A stretch of DNA of 64,000 bases from Flectonema sp. DT1601. Lineage: Eukaryota. Positions within the stretch are counted from its first letter, which is position 1. Each line of letters begins with the position of its first letter. Both the position numbers and the translations under genes were made by a program. The stretch lies in contig OZ025785.1 of assembly GCA_964019425.1 (NCBI GenBank), forward strand, positions 744,001 to 808,000. The letters run 5' to 3'. This document shows, one piece after another, positions 35,068 to 46,150 of this stretch. The notes beneath the pieces are model-generated. The model made no database searches, was not told where the DNA came from, and worked only from the letters and a program-made list of their open reading frames with translations.

Positions 35068-35270
35068 AGTTAGTTAGTTAGTTAGTTATTTAATCCAACG
35101 TTACTGTATATTATGAGTGCTAGGTAACTCGCAGTAACAGAGGACCCAATCCGTAGCCATATCCGAAGATTTCGCATGGATTGTTGAAGTAGCATCGACT
35201 GAAGATTAATAAATACCAATCTCCAGCTTTCCGCCTCGCCTAGCTTATTAAACTATCGAACTAAAATAAA
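35068..35270 (-). mobile_element. Short non-autonomous element family A, copy 1 (related to the PLE 3' UTR)
   Basis: Closely matches 59920-60134; begins with (tagt)n; tgttgaagtagcatcg..aagat..cgcc..ctagc resembles PLE 3' UTR 33361-33421. Confidence 0.75.
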
Positions 35271-36211
35271 ATAAAAAATAAAAAAAATATAAAATAAAAT
35301 AAAATAAAATAAAAAAAAATAATGATATCCATAAGTACCTTCACTATAATTAAATATATAGCAAACTTGAAACTGGTTGACTTATCTAGTTACAATGAAA
35401 TGACACCAACAGTTGGTATCGATAAAATCCTATTTATGCTGACCACGTACTAGTTACAGCTTAGGGGGCGTTGAAATCTTTGAATATATCTATGAAGAAA
35501 TAAATAACCGCATTGAATCAGAGTTAACTAAACAAACGTTAATTGTGATACATATCAACTACAGGTAATGTTAGTATTGGTAGGCACTCTGCAGATGACA
35601 TAGAAGACTTTACATTATAATAAACGTTTCTAACTTTGGCTGCTTACACATATCTTAGTTTAGAGGGGGATCTATGGAGGGGGTGAAGATTTATTTAAAT
35701 TAGCAAAAAAACACTCAAAAAGCTTCTCTGAGAATAGAGTCACAAAAAGTGCTGCCTGTAAAGGTCATGATACTCTGTTGAGCTCACAACAGGCATGTAA
35801 GTTAGAAATAGAGAGGAACAAAACACATTCAACAAAATGTAAAACGGGCTGTGACCATTGCAATCACTCGCCTCTACAGTGTATATTTAAATAGCAGTTC
35901 ACTTCCTCTTCACTTGTCTTCGAATAGAATTAGTGTTGAGAGTCATTTTCAGTTCAAAAATACAATAATCGATTCATAAATTAAAAAAAAAAGAATTTAA
36001 AATAAAAAAAAAACGCAGTTAGAATATGAGTTTGTTATGTAAACATCATAAAAAAAAATAAAATCTCTTTCTAAAGTAAAGAATAGAAAGGGAAATTCGG
36101 ATGACTTTCAGAAACAAGCTTCCCTTTTAATATTTTAAAAAGGATTATACTTGTTGTCATGAAACATAAGTTTATCACCCGATGTTAAAGAATCATCACT
36201 GAACATCACTC

Positions 36212-37207
36212 TCAACAATCATTGTCTACTAGTAGAGATGCAGTGGCTTTCTTGTTTCTGTCTTCAAGTTCAGTATTTAAAGTTGCTGGTGCTTCAGCAT
36301 CACGGATACCACTTTTCTGCTTTCTAAAACAACAGCAGTAGACAACAGCAATCACAATACAGATCAGGAGGACAAGGCAAATACTTCCAATAATAATAAA
36401 CACGTATTTCTCGTCGTCATCATGATGATGTTCTTCGTGATGTTCCTCATGAAGAGAACCGGCAGCCACAACACCAGTTCCTGTGAATACATTGGAGGTG
36501 TTGGCGAGTGCCGCGACGTCAGATTCAATGATTTCAACAGCGTTGCTGAAGCTCGCTCCCTGTTCCATCGTCAATTGGTATTCAACATATGATGAACCAG
36601 ACTCACTAATAGAAACTTCTCTTCCGCTTTCACTCCCTTCAACGCATCCGGCAGCGGCTCTCAACACCACCGTCCAAGGACAGGCAAGATAAACACACGC
36701 GGAACTCGGACACGCAAACAGAATAGCAACCTCCTTGACGAGAACACCGTTCTTATTTGCTGACTTCAAAACAGTATCCTTCAACTGAGTGAATGATATC
36801 TGAGATGGTGACTTTTGTACTTCAAGGAAGGTATGCAATCTGGAGTGTTCATGGTCACTTTCATGGTCACCTTCGTGGTCACTTTCGTGGCTTTCTTCAA
36901 CTCCTCCTTTGCGTCCTTCATGCTTCTCACCGTCACGGTCTTCTCCGTCGTGTTCGTGCTTCTCATCATTATGATCTTTGCTGTCATTTTCTTCATCAAC
37001 ACGTCCTTTGCTCTTTTTTCCATTAGCGGACATCATTTCATCAGTTGAATTCATCGATGAGTTAGATGAGGATGCGTCAATATCATGTTTAATAGTTGGT
37101 ATCCCTCCGTCTCCATCATTCGTACCACTCACGACGCTCGGATTCATATCTTCTGAAGAAAGACAAACCGCGATCAGCGACACAAATAATATCATGCGAG
37201 AACACAT
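36212..37207 (-). CDS. Type I surface protein, short His/acidic-rich paralog (331 aa from MCSRM)
   Basis: Signal peptide, FACPSSACV..CP..LRAAAGCV domain, TM followed by YCCCFRK; near-identical blocks shared with 38183-40537. Confidence 0.85.
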   Translation of the reverse strand: MCSRMILFVSLIAVCLSSEDMNPSVVSGTNDGDGGIPTIKHDIDASSSNSSMNSTDEMMSANGKKSKGRVDEENDSKDHNDEKHEHDGEDRDGEKHEGRKGGVEESHESDHEGDHESDHEHSRLHTFLEVQKSPSQISFTQLKDTVLKSANKNGVLVKEVAILFACPSSACVYLACPWTVVLRAAAGCVEGSESGREVSISESGSSYVEYQLTMEQGASFSNAVEIIESDVAALANTSNVFTGTGVVAAGSLHEEHHEEHHHDDDEKYVFIIIGSICLVLLICIVIAVVYCCCFRKQKSGIRDAEAPATLNTELEDRNKKATASLLVDNDC

Positions 37208-38182
37208 TTTGTAAATTTGGAAACTAGAAGTGAATGGTAATCCAAACAATCAAATCACCTCCAACTAAAGAATCATCATCTTCATAAGAATGTTTTGATT
37301 GATAAGACTCTACTTTGAGAAGCTCACTAGAGTCAAGTCTCTTATTATTTGATGTGATGAAGACCTGTTGAAATACCAATCTACTTAATAACCACATCAA
37401 CAATACAAAAAACAATTACCAATATCTTCGAGTACCGAGACACAGAGTCAAAGTACTAAGTTATCCCTGAGGTACAATAGGAAACAAACAGAGAGGAAGA
37501 ACAATTGAAATAAGTGGGCGGTGACAATGCTGCTACAGCAGCACCTGTTACGTCACTACCTCTACACATGAGTGGGTAGGTGCAACATGCTGATGAGAGT
37601 GAAAGTTTCTTCTCAGTAACCCAATCAGCATGTGCAGTGTTGTTGTTTTCTGAGCTTGCGCTCAATGACCAGCAATATCAATGCTGTTCACATGTCGTTT
37701 GTTTCTCTTTCCTCCTTTCCTTCAGATCAGAAATCTTTCTGGAGTGTGGAGAGATGCTTCGGTTCATTTAAAAAATTACGATTCCTAATCAGTGCGCTAC
37801 CAGGTAACGCAAACAGGTGGATAGATACTTTTCTAAGAAACAAAAAATAAATAGGAGAGGAAGGGTTTGAATAAATTGAAGAAAATCAATTTCATTAAAG
37901 AATATTATCAAATAAGTTAACTACAGCAGAAATCTGCCGAAATGTTAATAAAATTATCGACGGCTTGCGTTTGTAGTTTGGACAAAACAGCAACCTAACT
38001 AAAAATTAAAACAACCGCAGACGGTAAGTTTTTAAATTACAAATAATAATACTAAAAAAAGTTGAGGGCAAGCAACTTCCTCGCAAATCAATGTTCATCC
38101 TTTGCAAACATGCAGAAAGCTAAGAAGTTTCTACGAGTATATAACAAAAAGGATATCACCCTCTAGTTAAGGAAAGTGTACA

Positions 38183-40537
38183 TCAGACCCGACAAACTGG
38201 CTTTGGGGACTCAATCAAGACTTCTTCCATTACTTCAACGTCATTGATGGAAGATAGAGAAGAACTTGTTGATTCGATGTCGTTCATTCTATGTTTCCTT
38301 TTTCTAAAACAACAGCAGTAGACAACAGCAATCACAATACTGGTCAGGAAGACAAGGCAAATACTTCCAATAATAATTAACACGTAATTCTTGTCATCAT
38401 CATCACCACCCTCTCCGTGATCCCCCTCTGGGATAGAACTGGCAGCCACAACATTAGTTCCTGTGAATACATTGGAAGTTTTGGCGACTGCCGCGACGTC
38501 AGATTCAATTATTTCAACAGCGTTGCTGAAGCTCGCTCCCTGTTCCATCGTCAATTGGTATTCAACATATGATGAACCAGACTCACTAATAGAAACTTCT
38601 CTTTCGCTTTCACTCCCTTCCACGCATCCGGCAGCGGCTCTCAACACCACCGTCCCAGGACAGGCAAGAGAAACACACGCGGAACTCGGACACGCAAACA
38701 GAATAGCAACCTCCTTGACGAGAACACCGTTCTTGTTGGCTGACTTCAAAACAGCATCCTTCAACTGAGTGAATGATATCTGAGATGGTGACTTCTGTAT
38801 CTCAAGAAACGTCCTTAATGACCGTCTGGAGAGTTCATTGCTTACTTCGCGCCCTTCGGCTCCTTTCTCACCATCACGTCCTTCTCCTTTCTCGCCATCA
38901 CGGTCTTCTCCGTTGCGTCCTTCAGGCTTCTCACCGTCACGGTCTTCTCCGTTGCGCCCTTCAGGTTTTTCTCCGTTACGGTCCTCAGGTTTTTCACCGT
39001 CACGGTCTTCTCCGTTGCGTCCTTCAGGCTTCTCACCGTCACGGTCTTCTCCGTTGCGCCCTTCAGGTTTTTCTCCGTCACGGTCCTCTCCGTTGCGTCC
39101 TTCAGGTTTTTCACCGTCACGGTCTTCTCCGTTGCGCCCTTCAGGTTTTTCTCCGTCACGGTCCTCTCCGTTGCGTCCTTCAGGTTTTTCACCGTCACGG
39201 TCTTCTCCGTTGCGCCCTTCAGGTTTTTCTCCGTTACGGTCTTCTCCGTTGAGCCCTTCACGTTTTTCACCGTCACGCTTTTCGCCTGTTTCTCCGTCAC
39301 GGTCTTCTCCGTTGCGTCCTTCAGGTTTTTCTCCGTTACGGTCTTCTCCGTTGCGCCCTTCAGGTTTTTCTCCGTCACGGTCCTCTCCGTTGCGTCCTTC
39401 AGGTTTTTCACCGTCACGGTCTTCTCCGTTGCGTCCTTCAGGTTTTTCACCGTCACGGTCTTCTCCGTTGCGCCCTTCAGGTTTTTCTCCGTTACGGTCT
39501 TCTCCGTTGCGCCCTTCAGGTTTTTCTCCGTTACGGTCTTCTCCGTTGAGCCCTTCACGTTTTTCACCGTCACGCTTTTCGCCTGTTTCTCCGTCACGGT
39601 CTTCTCCGTTGCGTCCTTCAGGTTTTTCTCCGTTACGGTCTTCTCCGTTGAGCCCTTCACGTTTTTCACCGTCACGCTTTTCGCCTGTTTCTCCGTCACG
39701 GTCTTCTCCGTTGCGCCCTTCAGGTTTTTCTCCGTTACGGTCTTCTCCGTTGCGCCCTTCAGGTTTTTCTCCGTTACGGTCTTCTCCGTTGAGCCCTTCA
39801 CGTTTTTCACCGTCACGCTTTTCGCCTGTTTCTCCGTCACGGTCTTCTCCGTTGCGTCCTTCAGGCTTTTCTCCGTTACGGTCTTCTCCGTTGAGCCCTT
39901 CACGTTTTTCACCGTCACGCTTTTCGCCTGTTTCTCCGTCACGGTCTTCTCCGTTGCGCCCTTCAGGTTTTTCACCGTCACGGTCTTCTCCGTTGAGCCC
40001 TTCACGTTTTTCACCGTCACGCTTTTCGCCTGTTTCTCCGTCACGGTCTTCTCCGTTGCGCCCTTCAGGTTTTTCTCCGTTACGGTCTTCTCCGTTGCGT
40101 TCTTCAGGTTTTTCACCGTTACGCTTTTCGCCTTTTTCTCCGTCACGGTCCTCCCCGCTGCGCCCTTCAGGCTTCTCACCGTCACGGTCTTCTCCGTTGC
40201 GCCCTTCAGGCTTCTCACCGTCACGGTCTTCTCCGTTGCGCCCTTCAGGTTTTTCTCCGTTACGGTCTTCTCCGTTGCGTCCTTCAGGCTTCTCACCGTC
40301 ACGGTTTTCTCCGTTGAGCCCTTCACGTTTTTCTCCGTCACGCTTTTTTCCCTTGTCAGTAAACATGTCATCAGTTGAACTCATCGATGAGTTAGATGAG
40401 GATGAGTTGATATCATCTTTGACAGTTGGCAACAACTTGTCTCCATCATTCGTACCAGTCACGACGCTCGGATTCATATCTTCTGAAGAAAGACAAACCG
40501 CGATCAGCGACACAAATAATATCATGCGAGAACACAT
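38183..40537 (-). CDS. Type I surface protein, long paralog with ~500-aa charged tandem repeat (784 aa)
   Basis: Same signal peptide, Cys domain and TM as 36212-37207; repeats GEDRNGEKPEGRN and GEDRDGETGEKRDGEKREGLN. Confidence 0.88.
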   Translation of the reverse strand: MCSRMILFVSLIAVCLSSEDMNPSVVTGTNDGDKLLPTVKDDINSSSSNSSMSSTDDMFTDKGKKRDGEKREGLNGENRDGEKPEGRNGEDRNGEKPEGRNGEDRDGEKPEGRNGEDRDGEKPEGRSGEDRDGEKGEKRNGEKPEERNGEDRNGEKPEGRNGEDRDGETGEKRDGEKREGLNGEDRDGEKPEGRNGEDRDGETGEKRDGEKREGLNGEDRNGEKPEGRNGEDRDGETGEKRDGEKREGLNGEDRNGEKPEGRNGEDRNGEKPEGRNGEDRDGETGEKRDGEKREGLNGEDRNGEKPEGRNGEDRDGETGEKRDGEKREGLNGEDRNGEKPEGRNGEDRNGEKPEGRNGEDRDGEKPEGRNGEDRDGEKPEGRNGEDRDGEKPEGRNGEDRNGEKPEGRNGEDRDGETGEKRDGEKREGLNGEDRNGEKPEGRNGEDRDGEKPEGRNGEDRDGEKPEGRNGEDRDGEKPEGRNGEDRDGEKPEGRNGEDRDGEKPEGRNGEDRDGEKPEDRNGEKPEGRNGEDRDGEKPEGRNGEDRDGEKGEGRDGEKGAEGREVSNELSRRSLRTFLEIQKSPSQISFTQLKDAVLKSANKNGVLVKEVAILFACPSSACVSLACPGTVVLRAAAGCVEGSESEREVSISESGSSYVEYQLTMEQGASFSNAVEIIESDVAAVAKTSNVFTGTNVVAASSIPEGDHGEGGDDDDKNYVLIIIGSICLVFLTSIVIAVVYCCCFRKRKHRMNDIESTSSSLSSINDVEVMEEVLIESPKPVCRV
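38850..40345. repeat. Coding minisatellite of 39-bp and 63-bp units
   Basis: Repeated cacggtcttctccgttgcgcccttcaggtttttctccgt and variants. Confidence 0.95.
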
Positions 40538-41054
40538 TTTGTATTTGAATAGAAACTGTTGGTTATAAATATAAAATAAATAATTTTATCAAAAGGATAC
40601 CACAGTAACTGAGTCTGGGGAATAGCAATGATAAGCTGAACATACTGCGAGTTAGTAGCTGACCCTCCGCCTTTGTAATCACAAATGACGTTCATCTGTT
40701 GCATATCTGGAAAAAGAATAAATAACTACCAACAGAAACAATCATCACAAGTAGGTATTCGATAACAGGGATACTACAGGAATACAACTCAGTAGTACCT
40801 CCTTGTTTACAGCGTCGTACTCGATGGTCACTTCTGTTTCAGCTCTCAGATGTAACAGCACAAGGGAAGGGATACAACACAAACTAAGGGAAGACAACGT
40901 GAACCATACAAAGTACTCAGACAATTATCAACAACGATTTCAAACAATCACTCTCTGTTGCTGGAGTAGCAGTAGAACCTTATTTACTAAAATTAATAAA
41001 TTAATGAGAGATATAGATTCTCTCACGTATTGGTTTCGTTATTCTTTTTTTGTT

Positions 41055-41258
41055 CCGACGTAGTCGGAGAAGAAACTATTCAGATTGAAAGCCGTTACTT
41101 TTTATAGTCGTGATACAGTTCACAGTGCGACAGATTCTGTCTGCGTTCAATAAAACAATGTCTGGAGTTAACCCCAACAAACTTCATCTGTCGTTTGGAG
41201 CAGGACTGCAAGCCCCTACAGTCTGCGTTCAACGAAATATAAGGCTAATCAGAATGTG
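41055..41258 (+). repeat. Dispersed repeat family B copy carrying a 70-bp secondary insertion
   Basis: Terminal hairpin ccgac-gta-gtcgg; insert 41151-41220 between two gtctgcgttcaa copies. Confidence 0.78.
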
Positions 41259-42234
41259 CTTTTTTTTTTTTTTTTTTTTTTTTCTTCTTAAAAATGAAAA
41301 CAAATCAAATAGAAACAGATTCACAACTAAAAATAATAACGACACGGGGGTTGGGAAGAATCTGCTTAACGTTGGCTTCCCCTACTTCACGCAAAGACTA
41401 ATAAAGAAGAACTTGAGAAAATAGAACACTCGGAAGCTTTAAACGAAAACTAAAACGACGAGGGGGCGTCTCCTTACTGTCTAAAAAAAAAAAAAATCAA
41501 AGGGGGAAAAAAAAGGGGAAAATGTCTTTTTCCCCATTCGTATCACGCATTAAAATATCGGGTTCGGTTAGGCACTCCGACAAAAGGACCAACAACAACA
41601 ATCAAAAAAAAAAAAAAAAAAAAATGACGAATTTAAAGAAAATCACTCGAAATCAACTGTTGTTGGGGGAAAGGGAAATAATGCGCCGTATCCACAGCTG
41701 AGTACTGCAGGTAACTCGCATTACGTAGAGTCTCATCGTTTAAGGCAACCCTGTAGAACAAATCATTCACATAGGATGAACGACTAATAATATACGGAAG
41801 GAACAAGAAAACCATTCAGATTGAGGGAGGAACCGATTCTGTTCTGGTTTTAAATAAAAGGACTGGCTGTGAAGACAATCTCGCAAAGCAACAAGTGAAA
41901 TTTTAAAACCCCCACTTTGTCAGGCATCTTCTGCCACGGAAACGTATGAAAGGAATTTACTCTTTTCACAAACAAAAACAAAATAATAATAATAATTATA
42001 ATTACAGAGATGGGGAACACGTTTTCCACAAACCCATTCAATAAATACCACAATAGGAATACACACTTATGAGACTGCCATAGTAAGTATAGACGTAAAG
42101 GAAAAACATAACAGATAAATACGGTCATCATGATGCCCTCGTAACCATCGAGAAGGTTTAGAAATAACGGAGTAGGTAAGGTTGGTAATGTTCAGTTCTA
42201 CCACCTGAACAGAATCTTTAGTAGTTTCACAGTC

Positions 42235-44085
42235 TCAGCATATCATAATTGCGTTGATTTCGTCTTCTAGCGCCTGGCTCTTCCTCGCTGCGATATTCTT
42301 CAGGCGAGCATGTAGAGAATTTAGTACCGACATGTACGTCTGGTGTTCCTTCCCTTGCAAGAGTATCAAATCATTCATAGTGTAGACATCAGGTTCTGAT
42401 AGTATGTAGTCGTGTTGATCATTCATTAAAGCATCAGGAACGACTTCCCTCAACACTGTCAGTGCACGGTTTAGTCTCGTACGCATTTCACGAGATTTTT
42501 GCAATCGCGGAACCTTTTGATAAAGAGCTGGATTAAGTGCATGGATATGCAAAACCGGTTCGTTGCTAAGAGACCTCAAATAGTCCCTACCGGCATTACA
42601 GATTTTATATTGCTTGAAATCCCATCTGTGAACTATTTTCGAAGGTAAATAAAATTCCTTATTAGTATGACACTTGTGACAATAAAGTTTTCCTGAGTAG
42701 TGACATCGACGAGGTTTCTTAAGAATTGATAATGAATATTGTTTGAATTCAGTACTACATCCAATACATTTGAAACCTTGGATGGCTAGTTGACCGTCGC
42801 GTTCGACTTCAAGAAGTTCATTTGTTTGAAGACCTGTTAAGAAGAGTTCACCAGCATTACTACCGGAAGCTTCAGTTGGAATTGATGCAACATCAATACA
42901 AACACCTGACGACGCTGTTGATCCTTCCTTATCAGATTCTAGACCTCTTTCTCTTTCTGGAGAACTCAAGTCTACATTACTGAACCCTTTGAGTGATGTA
43001 CTCGTCGCTCTGTGAAGCTGTGGTATCGCTGGAACTACTTCTTTGTGTTCTCCTATTTCTGTGTCACGTGTTGCTGCCTGTACGACGTCTGTTATTTTTT
43101 GAATCACATCAGAAGGGAGTGATGTGTTTGTTCCTTTTGCTTTTATTGCTTTTGTTTGTAGTTGAGCTAATTGAGTAATTAAGTCTCGCAGCTTTGACTG
43201 ATCGAGAACTCTGAGGGATTCAAGCTCTTGTTCTACGTCCTTTGCCGCCCGCTCACGTCTTTGCAATTCTCGTTCAGCGGCTTCCAATTTGTGGGTTTTT
43301 TCTTTTAGTAGCTCTTCGCGATCTGATAGTTGCTTTAGTTCTTGTTCTGTCACACGCTTAATATCATCACCGTCATCTTCTATTGGTAGGGTCTGGACTT
43401 CCATATCTACGAATTGTTTTAATGATGTTTTTTCAGCTTTCTTAACCCTCCTGACAGTCTTCTTCTTCAACTGTTCTCCCTCAGGAGTTGGAAGCAACAT
43501 CGGAGTCATTGCATTGTCACTTGTTGGTGTGAGTGTTGTTAAATTATCAGTGGTTGGTGTGAATGGTTTTAAACGAATTTCATACTGCGGTAGATCAGCA
43601 GTTTCAAGGTGTATTTTTAAATCAGTAAGACGGAACAAGACTCTTAAAAATTCCTTCTGAAGAATTTCGTTAGTCGCAATTGAATCATCAGTGTAGTAAG
43701 CTTTTGTTATATCTCCCATTGTGAATACTTCTTGTAAAGTATCGTGAAGATCAGCGACGTTGTTTAACATTTGTAATAACCACAGTCTCGATATATCCAA
43801 TTCACTCAGTTTTGAATAGAACCAAGGCTGAGAATTACTCTTCTTGTCTTTTGCTACCTGAAACTTGTCACCTAAAGCATCGATAACCTGACCCATGCAA
43901 TCCCACCAAATACTACCTTCGTATAAACCACAATCTAAACATCCTTCCACCAGTTGTAGTAAATAAGGGCACAGCCGCTCAGTTCCTTTTACTGGTTCAC
44001 TTCCTTTCTTGTATCCATCTCTAAACAGATAATCAATTACAGAGTTCAGTGTTGCGATGCATTCTTCTGATGAACTTGGTATCAT
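42235..44085 (-). CDS. RUN-like, coiled-coil and Rubicon-homology domain protein (PLEKHM1/DEF8/Rubicon family, 616 aa)
   Basis: CIGC..RRCHYSGKLYCHKCH..LPSKIVHRWDFKQYKIC..LNPALY is the Rubicon homology signature. Confidence 0.85.
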   Translation of the reverse strand: MIPSSSEECIATLNSVIDYLFRDGYKKGSEPVKGTERLCPYLLQLVEGCLDCGLYEGSIWWDCMGQVIDALGDKFQVAKDKKSNSQPWFYSKLSELDISRLWLLQMLNNVADLHDTLQEVFTMGDITKAYYTDDSIATNEILQKEFLRVLFRLTDLKIHLETADLPQYEIRLKPFTPTTDNLTTLTPTSDNAMTPMLLPTPEGEQLKKKTVRRVKKAEKTSLKQFVDMEVQTLPIEDDGDDIKRVTEQELKQLSDREELLKEKTHKLEAAERELQRRERAAKDVEQELESLRVLDQSKLRDLITQLAQLQTKAIKAKGTNTSLPSDVIQKITDVVQAATRDTEIGEHKEVVPAIPQLHRATSTSLKGFSNVDLSSPERERGLESDKEGSTASSGVCIDVASIPTEASGSNAGELFLTGLQTNELLEVERDGQLAIQGFKCIGCSTEFKQYSLSILKKPRRCHYSGKLYCHKCHTNKEFYLPSKIVHRWDFKQYKICNAGRDYLRSLSNEPVLHIHALNPALYQKVPRLQKSREMRTRLNRALTVLREVVPDALMNDQHDYILSEPDVYTMNDLILLQGKEHQTYMSVLNSLHARLKNIAARKSQALEDEINAIMIC

Positions 44086-45544
44086 TGGGATGGGAGGAGG
44101 GGGAAACTCCCAATTATCGGACCTGTTTTTTGATAATTAAATTTACTTCACTTCAACAAACAAAACAGAACAGATCACTACCATCGCCTCGAAGACGGTT
44201 AAATCCGACATGTTTTTTTTTGAGCATCAGTGTTATGTTATGTTGTAGAAAAGTGTGAAGCAGAGGTACAAGTTCATCTCAAGCAACAATGAAGATAACA
44301 ATAAATTGGTGGTTGAGGGAAAGGGGTGGGAGGGGGAACAACGGGAATAGGGGGAAGGGGAAACGCATGACTTGGCCCATTACGACTATTACCAACGTTT
44401 TCTTGACTCTTTCGCAAGCACTGAGCGCGTTTACACAATCAGCTGAATGAGGGGGGGCAACCCGGCTTGTAGTGAAGTGAGTATTGATCAAGTAGTCTGC
44501 AAACACTTAACTTTTCGTAGTGCTAACACACACCTACCTGAGTGATGCAGTCTTGACATGTACAAAGTGTACCAAACATGCTTTTTAATGAACCGCATCC
44601 TGTGATTCTGTTTTTTTTTTCTTTTTTTTTTTCACGAACAGGGGGTCTGGGAGATTCCTAAGGAACTTTCGGTGGACTAATTTCACTTTTTTTTTTTTTT
44701 TTTTTAAAAGGGTTTTTCATCGAACACAGTAAAGAACGATTACCCACACCGAGGAGGTCAGATACAAACCAATACAGGTCACCCACATGATGCCGTGATA
44801 CTTTTATTGGTTCATTGCCGAAGTTTTAAAAAAAAGAAAATTAGTACATTGAACCTTATGGAGCCAAGCAAACAGCAGCAATATTCCGCTGGCATTCTAC
44901 TGAGACAGGAAGACTAAAAATCAAGGATTCAACATTAGAAACAAACAAAAATATTTTTTTCGAAAACAAATATTTCATATTCAAAAAAAATAATTCAATC
45001 CATCTCAATTCAAACCCATCGGATTATAGTCCAGAGATCTCTCCTCGTCTTTTGTTTTTTTTTTTTTGTTTATTTTTTTGGGACACCACGAAGATTAGGA
45101 AAACAGGTGGGATTCGAGGAAAGAGAGCGTAACAAACCCTGACGACAGAGCTACACTGACAACACGAATACAGGGGTGGGCAGAGAAAAGAAAAGAAAAG
45201 AAATTCAAAAAAAAAAGAAGAAGTAGAAGTAATAACGCAAAGCAAACGGGGGGAGGGAATACACTTATCGGAGTTTTTTTTTTTTTTTTTTTTTGGTGGT
45301 CTCATGCTGAATGAACACCGAGCAGCGCGGTCTCGCAAATGCTACCGTGGGGAAGGCAACATCGTATACGTGGGTGTCGAGTAAGCAGTCGCTGTGATTT
45401 TTGTGCATAAATTGTAATGCAGCCCCACTCCCCCCTTTCTTTTCTTTGAATGAAAAAAAAAAAACAAAAAAAAAAAAAAATCACAAATGTGATTGAGGGG
45501 TAACGTAGGGAATTTTTCGTAGCATAGGAAATCGCAAAATAATT

Positions 45545-45575
<31 letters not shown>

Positions 45576-46035
45576 CCCTTTAATCGTCATCTATCTAGCT
45601 GCTTAATAAGACTACTTGCTCCAAAGCCTTTTTTTTCCCCCCATCCTCCTCCTACTGATATATACGATAAATACGTCTTGGTAACGGGACAGGACTAACA
45701 ATTCGTTTGTTGAAGTCAGGTGCGCTTAAAATGTCAGTAAATTAAATTCAATCCACCGTAAGACGTACCAGAGTGATACTTGTTTGTCACCACCCTCGGC
45801 TATCTATTTTTTTTTTTTTTTTGGAAGATTTTTTCGCTGTAAAACAGAACTCCCAAGAATAGTTTGATAGACCCTCCAAAAAAAAAAAAAAAAGATGACG
45901 AACTAACACCCTTTTTAAAAGGGACTGGCGGGAAAATGTAATTAATGAAAAAATGAAGTTGAGAAAAAACTCACGTATTGAAACAGTAACTTGGGGATGT
46001 GATGACGGGAGAAAACATATCGGCTACCAATTTTT

Positions 46036-46118
46036 CTATTTATTCTTGATAGCGAGAGTGTCAACCAAGACGTAGATAACGTAAAGAATGTAGATTACTA
46101 AGAAGCACATTCCAACCT

Positions 46119-46150
<32 letters not shown>

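Noticed and set aside
35100..35190. HDV-like ribozyme in family A (gggtcctc on the minus strand)
   Set aside because: Could not build the P1/P3/P1.1 nested pseudoknot
37590..37610. CTGATGA-gagt-GAAA hammerhead-like core
   Set aside because: No stem II can form and no stems I/III found
38838..40568. 576-aa + strand ORF and 509-aa alternate-frame ORF
   Set aside because: By-products of a stop-free coding minisatellite; only the 784-aa frame has a signal peptide, TM and a paralog
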